This document shows, piece after piece, positions 1 through 6,795 of a stretch of DNA of 11,714 bases. The notes under the pieces are model-generated. The model ran no database searches and had not been told where the DNA came from. It worked only from the letters and a program-made list of their open reading frames with translations. The translations under genes were made by a program, and so were the position numbers. The DNA comes from a virus, in UHGV virus genome UHGV-0097019, one strand, 5' to 3'. The stretch's first letter is position 1, and every line of letters starts with the position of its first letter.

Positions 1-1
1 C

Positions 2-44
2 TTTGTGTACACTTTTGTGTACCCAAAAACAAAAATGTGTACCC
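2..44. repeat. Three direct repeats of TGTGTAC (TTTGTGTAC at 2-10 and 14-22, TGTGTACCC at 36-44) immediately upstream of and overlapping the integrase start; candidate integrase-binding or att-proximal sites
   Basis: Seen directly in the sequence. The functional assignment is inference from position at the prophage end next to int. Confidence 0.35.
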
Positions 45-49
45 ATTCA

Positions 50-1243
50 ATGATCACCGACACAAAGCTCAGGAAGGCGCTCGGCAAGAAAAGAGATGAT
101 ATCGAGATTATTTCTGATTCGCACGGGCTCAACGCCAGAATCAGCCAGGCCGGAAAAATATCATTTTTCTATCGGTATCGCTGGGCCGGTAAAGCGGTAA
201 AACTCAATGTTGGTGATTATCCTGCAATGAGTATCACCCAGGCAAGAGAGCGTCGCCAACAATTCAGAAACTGGTTAACTGAGGGACTGGATCCGCGAGA
301 GCAGGTGAAGCTGGATAAGCAGACCCGACAGGAAGCGATGTCCGTTGCCGAAGCGTTCAATTACTGGATTGAAAGGCACTGTATCGCTAACGGGCTAGTT
401 AAAGTCGATTACTATCGCCAGGTGTTTGAGAAACATATCGCCGAACCGATGAAGAATGTCAAAGTCGATAACACAGCGAAAATGCACTGGATCAACGTCT
501 TCGATTCTATAGAAAGCAGGGTGATGGCTCATTACATGCTTTCGCTGTGCAAACGGGCCTTTAGGTTCTGCGTTAACAGAAGTGTGATCGCCTCAAACCC
601 ACTCGAGGGATTACTGCCATCTGATGTCGGGCAAAAGCCTAAAAAGAGAACTCGCAGGATGGACGATGACGATCTGCGCAAAATCTATCAGTGGTTGAAA
701 AGCCATATGTCGATAGAGTCCGTTTTCCTGGTGAAATTTATTATGCTTACCGGATGCCGTACGGCTGAGATTCGACTTAGTGAGAGATCATGGTTTCGAT
801 TGGATGATAATGAGTGGGTCGTGCCTGCGGGCAGTTATAAAACTCGGGTACATATTAGAAGGGGACTCTCAGACGCCGCCGTTAACCTGGTCAGAAATCA
901 CCTCAAGAAAATAAACACCAATCACCTGGTGACTTCACAACGTAAAATTGATGGCGGGATCAAAGATTCGCCCGTTCATTCACCTGTGGCATCCAATTAC
1001 GCCCGTTCTATTTGGAATGGAACAGGTATGGCAGAGTGGTCGCTTCATGATATGAGGCGGACGATAGCCACAAATCTCTCTGAGTTAGGTTGCCCGCCGC
1101 ACGTAATTGAAAAGCTGCTCGGGCATCAGATGGTGGGGGTTATGGCGCATTACAACCTTCATGACTATATCGATGATCAGAAACACTGGCTCCGCGTTTG
1201 GCAGAGCCATCTTGAAGAGATCATCGGAGAGCCCTTCAGTTAA
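50..1243 (+). CDS. int: Tyrosine recombinase / phage integrase, P4-like family
   Basis: 412-codon ORF. The N-terminus ([33 protein letters not shown]) matches the DUF4102 arm-binding domain of P4-type integrases. The C-terminus carries the catalytic signature HDMRRT...[18 protein letters not shown] (R, H, Y). Start is uncertain: GTG 5, ATG 35 and ATG 50 are all in frame and none has a clear Shine-Dalgarno; ATG 50 ([10 protein letters not shown]) was chosen by analogy with family N-termini. Confidence 0.9.
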
Positions 1244-1437
1244 TTTATCTTCTTTTTATCCTCCCACTCTTTGATTGACTCAGAGCGCCAGCGGTTAGGG
1301 TTGCCGGGCCAGTCAGGGGGTGGGAACGGGCATACGAAGCCCCGAGGCATTGTGTCTGCACTTTGCCATGACCAAAGGGTTTTGCGTGAAATTTTGTAGC
1401 GACTGGTCAGGTCTGACGTTACCAAAATATCATCCAT
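1240..1437 (-). CDS. xis: Excisionase-like DNA-binding protein (lambda Xis-like)
   Basis: 65 aa from ATG 1435-1437, with GGAAGAG upstream as Shine-Dalgarno. The pattern [17 protein letters not shown]...[12 protein letters not shown] recalls lambda Xis (RRWVRECRIFPPPVKDG), compared from memory. The ORF track extends it to a TTG at 1485, which would overlap the upstream gene. Convergent with int; the two stop codons overlap in TTAA at 1240-1243. Confidence 0.6.
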
Positions 1438-1477
1438 AGCTCTTCCAGTTGCCCGTTCGGGCCATTCAAAATCTTTT

Positions 1478-1720
1478 TCAACCAACCTGCCCGGGCAGGG
1501 AGCGGAGACGGCGCATGCCGGTCATCGCTGTGGCCACGTAGCTCGCCTTTCGGTTCACCACCTCCACCCAGACTTTCACGCCTTCAACCTTCACCGTATA
1601 AGTCTCTTTCATCTTGCTTCGCCCATAGTCGCCATATGTTTGCAAGTGAGCTGCCAGCGCGATGTCGCATGCTTGGCGAGCTAAAGGTGATTGCTTACTT
1701 CCTCGATTGATCAGTCGCAT
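1478..1720 (-). CDS. Hypothetical small prophage early protein
   Basis: 80-aa ORF with a strong Shine-Dalgarno (AAGGAG, 6 nt before ATG 1718-1720). Co-oriented with recT/recE. No family recognised. Confidence 0.55.
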   Translation of the reverse strand: MRLINRGSKQSPLARQACDIALAAHLQTYGDYGRSKMKETYTVKVEGVKVWVEVVNRKASYVATAMTGMRRLRSLPGQVG

Positions 1721-1733
1721 ATAATCTCCTTGA

Positions 1734-1751
1734 GGGAGGGTTACCCCTCCC
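1734..1751 (-). other. GC-rich hairpin (GGGAGGG-TTAC-CCCTCCC, 7-bp stem) between the recT-like stop and the Shine-Dalgarno of the next gene
   Basis: Perfect inverted repeat seen in the sequence. No U-run follows on the transcribed (-) strand, so it is not a classic intrinsic terminator. Possibly an RNA processing or translational structure. Confidence 0.3.
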
Positions 1752-1758
1752 GGTCTCG

Positions 1759-2877
1759 TCAGGCCACGTATTCCGGTTTCATATCCGCCAGGGTGATGCT
1801 GAATTGATCGTGCAGTTCATCGCCTAAGTGACGCTTTGAAGATGCAAGCATGCGCTCGGCTTCAGCGAACCGTTCGGATGCATGCGGCTCGTCGGGCTGG
1901 GGCAGGGATTTAATAGCCTCCTCAACCTTGTTGCGTGCATCCACTAGGTAATAACGCTTTACGGCTTTGTTTTTCAGCTCGGTGAATAGTGCGGATCCCA
2001 GCGTAGCTTTCGCCGTTTCAATGTCGGCACGCAGCGATTTGGCGCTATCCACGTCCTGAGCAGATTCGATGCGTTCGCGGAAATCATCGGCAAGAGAGTC
2101 GACATTTACCGACGATTCCTGTGCGCTTTGCGTGGTTGTGACGGTGTCACCTGAGATATCAGCCAGGCTAACGCGTTGCGGCGTTGGGTTGATCTCTTTT
2201 TCTGTGCGCTGTTCAATCTCATCAGGGGTGTACACACCAAGAACAACTGCAGGGCAATACAGGCGCGCCCAGTATTTGAGTGCCAGATAAGCGATCTGCT
2301 GTTTCGGGTTTGATACCCAAAGTGGAGAATTACGTGTGATTACGCTGGAGAGGAAAACAGGCTCTCCCCAGGTGATATCACTTTCACCGCGAATAACGGC
2401 ACCTACCCGTACCGACAGTCCTTGTTCATCAGCACTTTCCCAACCGCGTACCATTTCTTTCTTGTCGTACGTCCCGCCACCTTTCGCAGGCTTTTTAACG
2501 GTTATCTCGCGGCTGCTGGCACATTTCGACCAGTCGCCCTCGTACTCATAGTGAAAGCGGCCAACGATGGCGTTTGAGCTGGAGATCACCGCATTAACCA
2601 GTTGCGCTTCGTATCCCAGGACACCGTTAACCAGGTGCGTCTTTTGCGCCACGGCGTAAGGGTTCATACCCCACTGCATCGCCTGCATGATGATGGCCAT
2701 GCAGTCTGCCGGATTGCCGCGGAGGTGCTCAGGCACCGTTACGACTGCCTGTGCCATCAACCCGGCGACAGACTGAAGCTGGGTTAAAGCCTGCACGTTG
2801 AAAATGGCATTGCTGGCTGAGATCGTGTTTGGAGTCTGCTGTTCAGCGGTTACGATATTCGTGTTTTCCATCATCAT
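1759..2877 (-). CDS. recT: RecT/Red-beta-family single-strand annealing protein (recombinase)
   Basis: 372-aa ORF immediately downstream of the RecE-like gene (5-nt gap), same strand. The segment HLVNGVLGYEAQLVNAVISSSNAI resembles the RecT core (IIGYRGMIDLARRSGQI, recalled from memory). Three consecutive ATGs at 2869-2877 preceded by AAGGGGA; exact start among them is uncertain. Confidence 0.65.
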   Translation of the reverse strand: MMMENTNIVTAEQQTPNTISASNAIFNVQALTQLQSVAGLMAQAVVTVPEHLRGNPADCMAIIMQAMQWGMNPYAVAQKTHLVNGVLGYEAQLVNAVISSSNAIVGRFHYEYEGDWSKCASSREITVKKPAKGGGTYDKKEMVRGWESADEQGLSVRVGAVIRGESDITWGEPVFLSSVITRNSPLWVSNPKQQIAYLALKYWARLYCPAVVLGVYTPDEIEQRTEKEINPTPQRVSLADISGDTVTTTQSAQESSVNVDSLADDFRERIESAQDVDSAKSLRADIETAKATLGSALFTELKNKAVKRYYLVDARNKVEEAIKSLPQPDEPHASERFAEAERMLASSKRHLGDELHDQFSITLADMKPEYVA

Positions 2878-2882
2878 TCCCC

Positions 2883-4703
2883 TTATGCCTGAGTACGCAG
2901 CGCTTCAAGGCGGCGCAGGTCGAAGTCGTTCAGTTCGTCGGTGTAGTCAGCAGTGATTGGCGCTGGCCATTCACCTGTGTCGAATCCGGTTGCGATATTG
3001 CGCATCGCTTTGCGGTACTCGAGCATACCCAGCTCCAGTAGTTCAGCGGATGCCTCGATGATGGCGATCCAGTGGTAGTTCTCGTCTTTGTTGACGAAAA
3101 TCCAGAAGAACTGATCCAGCGCTGCGGTTTCGCAGTACATAGCCGCGCTCAGGTGATAATCACGTTCAATAATTTCCCGGTGTAGCCTGGCGCGCAGGCT
3201 TTCCTGCTTAACATTCCACATGCTGATGGTTTTCAGGTCAGCACCGATACGCACGCCGTCTAGGTCGATCTCAAGGTCAGGGCGCACACGAACTTCCAGT
3301 CCCGTCTCCTCGTCAAAGCCAAAGTAGCTCACCTCAACGGCGCGGCTCGGGTGGGTTAGCAGCATGCCTGCGGTCGGGTGCGAGAGCAGTGCTGACTGAA
3401 TTGCCTGCGCGGTGGCAAGTTGCTGGTGGGTAACCAGCACTTTCCCTTCCGGGTTGTTGCGCCACGCATCGAGCAGCTCGTCGGCGAACACTGCATCTGG
3501 TTTGACTGCCTTCACGGCCTGAATCAGATCGGCCTTCGTGCCAGAGACTTTCAGCGGTTGCAGCTTCTGAGCTTCCTGCGCGACCAGGTCAGGATTGATA
3601 ATCGCAAGTTGTTCGAGTAGTGCGTCGCGGCTGCCGCTGGTTTTAATCTGCGCTGGCAGGGTGGCGTTGTACTCTTTGATGCACGCCTTCATTGCTGTTG
3701 CTGTCTTCTTCTGATCTGCATCGATACGTTGGAATTCAGCTGGCAGCGCCATATAGTTCTGCGCCGTTTCATCCAGGCTAGCGCCCAGCGGCACCAGCGC
3801 TGGCAGGGTGGCGTTGTATTCATCCAGCAAAGCTTTGATATCGTCTGCGCTCAGTTGCGCTGGCAGGCTGGCGTTGTACTCATCAATAAACGCGCGGATC
3901 GTTGCCGTGGTGGTAAATGCACCTTCCGGAATTACGGGTTCAACGCTAAATTCTTCATCGAGCTGTTCTGGCTGCAACGCCAGCGCATGTACCAGGTTTC
4001 CCATGTCCAGCACTGAGGAGCGCTCTTTGACGATGGTTTTCTCAACGTGGCGCGCATTGAAGTACATCAGCGAAACGCGCGCATCTTTTACCTGGGTGGA
4101 ACTGATGCCGTTGGCAGCGTGGTAAACCTCGTTCGGCAGACCTTCATAGCGCCCAGGCTCGAAGTAATCGGGGTAAAAAACAGCTTGTTCGTCAGATTGC
4201 GCCTCTGGCTCGACGTGTGCCAAAACTGGTTCAGTCTGGTTTACAGAATCGCTATTTTGAGCGACAGATTCCGTATTTTGGTTTACATCGGCCTGCTGGC
4301 CGGGATGTGACTCTTCACCAGTTTCCAGACTGCTTTCGCCTGACTGCATTTCATTACCAACATTTTTTTCATCACTGACAGTTTCTTGAACCTGCACATT
4401 GCTGGTGGTTTCCGTAGCCTGTTTCGTGCCATGAGTTGCTGAGTTCTGCAGTAAAGCCGTAACATCGAATATTCCGTTGCCGACATTTTTAACCAGTTCT
4501 TGTTCGGCTTTATGTGGTTGTGCTGTCGCTTCCTCTGCGCGGCGGCGTGCTTCTTCTTCACGTACGCGTTGCAGGTTCTCTTCGTGAGTGCAGAAGGGTT
4601 TGCGTGGAGACTCCTTACTTTCAGGTTGGGGAATTTCCTGTGTTGCGGGCTCAGCTTCATGCAATGGCAATAACTCAACAGCAGCATTAAACGCAGCAGT
4701 CAT
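2883..4703 (-). CDS. recE: RecE-like exonuclease VIII (PD-(D/E)XK nuclease) with acidic/Q-rich N-terminal region and internal repeats
   Basis: 606-aa ORF. C-terminal half contains ...ETGLEVRVRPDLEIDLDGVRIGADLKT..., consistent with a PD-(D/E)XK motif, and an upstream YHAANGISSTQVK segment. Gene order with the recT-like gene matches Rac-type recET. N-terminal ~170 aa is low-complexity (E/Q/S/T-rich). Confidence 0.6.
   Translation of the reverse strand: MTAAFNAAVELLPLHEAEPATQEIPQPESKESPRKPFCTHEENLQRVREEEARRRAEEATAQPHKAEQELVKNVGNGIFDVTALLQNSATHGTKQATETTSNVQVQETVSDEKNVGNEMQSGESSLETGEESHPGQQADVNQNTESVAQNSDSVNQTEPVLAHVEPEAQSDEQAVFYPDYFEPGRYEGLPNEVYHAANGISSTQVKDARVSLMYFNARHVEKTIVKERSSVLDMGNLVHALALQPEQLDEEFSVEPVIPEGAFTTTATIRAFIDEYNASLPAQLSADDIKALLDEYNATLPALVPLGASLDETAQNYMALPAEFQRIDADQKKTATAMKACIKEYNATLPAQIKTSGSRDALLEQLAIINPDLVAQEAQKLQPLKVSGTKADLIQAVKAVKPDAVFADELLDAWRNNPEGKVLVTHQQLATAQAIQSALLSHPTAGMLLTHPSRAVEVSYFGFDEETGLEVRVRPDLEIDLDGVRIGADLKTISMWNVKQESLRARLHREIIERDYHLSAAMYCETAALDQFFWIFVNKDENYHWIAIIEASAELLELGMLEYRKAMRNIATGFDTGEWPAPITADYTDELNDFDLRRLEALRTQA
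3651..3882. repeat. Three near-identical 24-bp intragenic direct repeats (CGCTGGCAGG[G/C]TGGCGTTGTA[C/T]TC at 3651, 3799, 3859), each encoding EYNA(S/T)LPA in the RecE-like protein
   Basis: Seen directly. Reverse complement GAGTACAACGCCACCCTGCCAGCG translates to EYNATLPA. Protein context: IDEYNASLPAQ, LDEYNATLPAL, IKEYNATLPAQ. Confidence 0.8.
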
Positions 4704-4888
4704 GGTCCGGTTACTGTCTGTGTACCGTAGTGCTGATGAACCATGATGTTCTCCACTATTGCTGAGTGAACTTCGCTGGTGGTGCCGTGACGCTGATCTT
4801 CACAGTTGAGCGTTTTAACTCTGCAATTCACCACCGCGAAGCTCACTTCTGTGTTTGCCCTTGTCGCCAGGCTGGCGGAACGTTTCAA
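4700..4888 (-). CDS. Small upstream ORF translationally coupled to recE (62 aa from TTG, or only the last 14 codons from ATG 4742-4744)
   Basis: The stop codon overlaps the recE ATG (ATGA at 4700-4703). recE itself lacks a Shine-Dalgarno, whereas ATG 4744 has GGAG 6 nt upstream. The 62-aa version needs a TTG start; no recognisable family. Confidence 0.25.
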   Translation of the reverse strand: MKRSASLATRANTEVSFAVVNCRVKTLNCEDQRHGTTSEVHSAIVENIMVHQHYGTQTVTGP

Positions 4889-4996
4889 ACCTACTGCGCG
4901 TTAATATCACCACCTCATTCCGGTTTTCGTATGCCCCGGACGGCTACTTCGTGGGCTCCATGCCTGGGTGGTTCGTGGTGCGTCTTGGTGAGTTAG

Positions 4997-5025
4997 ATTA
5001 AATCACTGGTTTATATATATGTCAA
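4997..5025 (-). promoter_or_regulatory. pL-like early-left promoter: -35 TTGACA (5025..5020), 17-bp spacer, -10 TTTAAT (5002..4997) with upstream TG (extended -10)
   Basis: Consensus -35 read on the minus strand. Located just past the terminator of the repressor operon and directed into the recE/recT operon. Overlapped by a repressor-operator-like repeat. Confidence 0.4.
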
Positions 5026-5061
5026 CTTAAGGTTAGTGTTAATTGTAAATCTGAGGTTTAT
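4999..5061. promoter_or_regulatory. Candidate left operators: two copies of a 16-bp motif (TAAATCACTGGTTTAT at 4999-5014; TAAATCTGAGGTTTAT at 5046-5061), 47 bp apart
   Basis: The same motif recurs twice at 47-bp spacing in the repressor-cro intergenic region (6474-6489, 6521-6536). ATTGTAAATCTGAGGTTTAT (5042-5061) and ATTGTAAATATTTGGTTTAT (6470-6489) share 17 of 20 positions. Confidence 0.45.
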
Positions 5062-5099
5062 GTGGCTGGGTTTTGTGACACGTCTGCAGAATCGCAGGC

Positions 5100-5127
5100 A
5101 AAAAAAATCCCGACGCGTGGTCGGGAT
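5100..5127 (-). terminator. Rho-independent terminator ending the repressor operon
   Basis: On the minus strand the RNA reads AUCCCGAC-CACGC-GUCGGGAU followed by seven U (8-bp stem, 5-nt loop), about 70 nt after the stop of the 5200-5721 gene. Confidence 0.75.
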
Positions 5128-5199
5128 GAGAAGGTTCGGGGAAGGCGACAGAGTTAGTAGCTGAGAGCCTTATAACTCAGGCGTATTGACCAAATCTGA

Positions 5200-5721
5200 C
5201 TAAAAGAAGTGCATAAAAGCTTTGTACAGCCCTGTACCAATGGCGATAATCGCAGGGACACCTAAGAGAATCGCCAATTTAGCATCAGAGATTTTCTTGT
5301 CCACTGTGTCTGATGAGGGCTTTTTGTCTACAGACTCTTTGATACTAGACAGCCTCTCCAAAACTACAGCCATATTTTTGTCCAGTGAATTCACTGTCGT
5401 ATCAACTTTTGAAACTGTGTTTTTTATCTCGGCAACATCTTTCTTGATGTGGGCAACTTCAACCTCAAGAATAGCCAATCTCTTTTCCATGTCGTCACCT
5501 CCATCTTCAGTTGACGTATGAATGATTTCAGTATCATCCATAGCAACTGATGTGACAATCCGTTTTTGTTTATCCGAAGCGGCAAAACTACAAGCACCCA
5601 TAAGGAAGGTTGCTTGGCTCGAAGCTACTGATGAAAACTCTAAGCCTACTGTAGCTCCGCTATGGTCTGAATATGCAATCAATAACTTCCCTTCACCAAG
5701 AGATGATTGAGCCGCATCCAT
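5200..5721 (-). CDS. Uncharacterised tail-anchored membrane protein: N-terminal globular region, acidic linker, coiled-coil, C-terminal transmembrane helix
   Basis: 173 aa from ATG 5719-5721 (the track starts at the adjacent TTG). Coiled-coil-like segment MEKRLAILEVEVAHIKKDVAEIKNTVSKVDTTVNSLDKNMAVVLERLSSIKESV. C-terminal hydrophobic stretch LAILLGVPAIIAIGTGLYKAFMHFF. AT-rich codon usage distinct from flanking phage genes. Second gene of the repressor operon. Confidence 0.65.
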   Translation of the reverse strand: MDAAQSSLGEGKLLIAYSDHSGATVGLEFSSVASSQATFLMGACSFAASDKQKRIVTSVAMDDTEIIHTSTEDGGDDMEKRLAILEVEVAHIKKDVAEIKNTVSKVDTTVNSLDKNMAVVLERLSSIKESVDKKPSSDTVDKKISDAKLAILLGVPAIIAIGTGLYKAFMHFF

Positions 5722-5727
5722 CAATTA

Positions 5728-6009
5728 TTATTCCTCAAACATACTTTTTAAGGATTGATAAAAATCATAAGCCTTTTGTTTGCTTAAAGTCACAGACACA
5801 ACTTTGGTTCGCTGCATGCCCTTGACGACTATATCCGCATTATCCGTACCGATGATCGGGCTGCTATTCAGGAACACAAAATTGTAAACTTCGTAACCGG
5901 CATTTTGTGTGCCGATTGTTACGACACCGTCAGCATTGGTCTCGATGAAATTTTTCGCTTCGATTACATCATTAAGATGCATAAGTTCGACGGTTGTTTC
6001 TTTAGACAC
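5728..6009 (-). CDS. Uncharacterised small soluble protein (93 aa), first gene downstream of the repressor
   Basis: GTG start at 6007-6009 with GGAGG Shine-Dalgarno 5 nt upstream. Ends with a double stop (TAA TAA) 6 nt before the next gene's ATG. AT-rich. No family recognised. Confidence 0.65.
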   Translation of the reverse strand: MSKETTVELMHLNDVIEAKNFIETNADGVVTIGTQNAGYEVYNFVFLNSSPIIGTDNADIVVKGMQRTKVVSVTLSKQKAYDFYQSLKSMFEE

Positions 6010-6073
6010 CGAATCCTCCAGAAGATATTAAATCTTGAAATATTTTTATTACATGGAATTAGATACTACTGGT

Positions 6074-6463
6074 TTAGGTTTGCTCACCTTGCGATCGAAT
6101 CCGACCCTTCATGTACTTCTCGTACAGCTCATCTAACTCTTTCAGGCGAAGCGCAAAAATGCGGAGCATGTTCTGCTGCTCTTCTTCCGGTAACTGGCGG
6201 TAGAGCTCGAGCAAACGCTGTTCGTCCGGTTTGAGACCGTCTTTCTCCCCAACGTCTTCACCGAGTAGCCAGGCGACAGAAATACCAACAGCGTCGGCTA
6301 TGGCCAGTGCCGATTTCTTACTAATCACGCCTTTTTTGAACCAGCCGTTTACGGCCTGAGGGGTGACTCCAGCTATTCTTGCCATGTCTGCTTTGGTAAC
6401 GCCGCGATCAGTGATCTCAGTAAGGCGCTCCACCAGAACGAGGTTGGGTTCTTCTTTTCTCAT
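6074..6463 (-). CDS. Prophage repressor, XRE-type HTH, DicA/RacR-like
   Basis: 130 aa from ATG 6461-6463. N-terminal HTH (VTKADMARIAGVTPQAVNGWFKKGVISKKSALAIADAVGISVAWL). C-terminal LKPDEQRLLELYRQLPEEEQQNMLRIFALRL resembles the DicA tail (LSPKELELLELFNALPESEQ, from memory). No LexA-type S24 peptidase motif. The 219-aa ORF in the track is an upstream extension across the divergent promoter region and is rejected. Confidence 0.8.
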   Translation of the reverse strand: MRKEEPNLVLVERLTEITDRGVTKADMARIAGVTPQAVNGWFKKGVISKKSALAIADAVGISVAWLLGEDVGEKDGLKPDEQRLLELYRQLPEEEQQNMLRIFALRLKELDELYEKYMKGRIRSQGEQT

Positions 6464-6469
6464 ATGGTC

Positions 6470-6536
6470 ATTGTAAATATTTGGTTTATGCACGCAATAA
6501 ATCCAAAGTTTGCATGAAGTATAAATCTGTGGTTTA
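6470..6536. promoter_or_regulatory. Divergent immunity control region: PRM-like promoter for the repressor (-35 TTGCGT 6497..6492, 16-bp spacer, -10 TACAAT 6475..6470, minus strand) plus operator-like repeats (6474-6489, 6521-6536, and an inverted partner at about 6497-6507)
   Basis: The -10 ends about 6 nt before the repressor ATG and no Shine-Dalgarno is present, implying a leaderless transcript as for lambda cI from PRM. Repeat motif shared with the pL region. The rightward promoter for the cro-like gene is not cleanly resolved (candidate TTGCAT 6510-6515). Confidence 0.4.
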
Positions 6537-6565
6537 CTTCTGCTATCAATAAGCAGGAGAAGCAC

Positions 6566-6784
6566 ATGTCCGCACTCGATAAAGCAATTAAAGCCGCTGG
6601 CTCTGCCAGAAAGCTCAGCATCGCGCTTGGTGTGACGAGTATGTCTGTAAGTCATTGGAAGAATCGTGACCAAGGGATCGTCCCGCCAAGCTATATCTTC
6701 CCGATTTTCAAAATGACAGGCGTAACCCCCCACGAGCTGCGCCCTGATCTCTATCCAAATCCCACTGACGGATTACCAAAGTAG
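6566..6784 (+). CDS. ydaS: Cro-like HTH protein, YdaS family
   Basis: 72 aa, AGGAG Shine-Dalgarno. Divergent from the repressor. LSIALGVTSMSVSHWKNRDQGIVPPSYIFPIFKMTGVTPHELRPDLY parallels E. coli YdaS (LLGVSPPSVNQW...ELRPDI, recalled from memory). Confidence 0.75.
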   Translation: MSALDKAIKAAGSARKLSIALGVTSMSVSHWKNRDQGIVPPSYIFPIFKMTGVTPHELRPDLYPNPTDGLPK

Positions 6785-6795
6785 GAGCACTGACA

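Noticed and set aside
3651-3882. Possible CRISPR array suggested by the repeated 24-mers
   Set aside because: Only three copies with irregular spacing, all in-frame inside a coding sequence and encoding the same peptide. No leader and no cas genes.
3420-4687. Several ORFs antisense to, or out of frame within, the RecE-like gene (3420-3620+, 3729-4016+, 3808-4125+, 4047-4310+, 4283-4687-)
   Set aside because: Shadow ORFs inside a long, confidently coding frame, with no Shine-Dalgarno and low-complexity translations.
3422-4782. Chi sites GCTGGTGG at 3422-3429 and 4775-4782
   Set aside because: Two occurrences in about 12 kb is within expectation for enterobacterial DNA, so this is not evidence of a special feature.
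4889-4990. Possible tRNA or nut-site (boxA/boxB) in the pL leader
   Set aside because: No cloverleaf or T-loop (GTTCRA) signature, no recognisable boxA (CGCTCTTA), and the hairpins present are short and imperfect.
5222-5710. Plus-strand ORFs (5222-5521, 5522-5710) antisense to the 173-aa membrane protein gene
   Set aside because: They lie opposite a well-supported operon gene that has coupling and terminator signals, and they lack start signals.
6074-6733. 219-aa minus-strand ORF extending the repressor upstream
   Set aside because: The extension runs across the divergent promoter/operator region and the start of the cro-like gene. The HTH protein begins at ATG 6461-6463 and the upstream part has no protein-like character.
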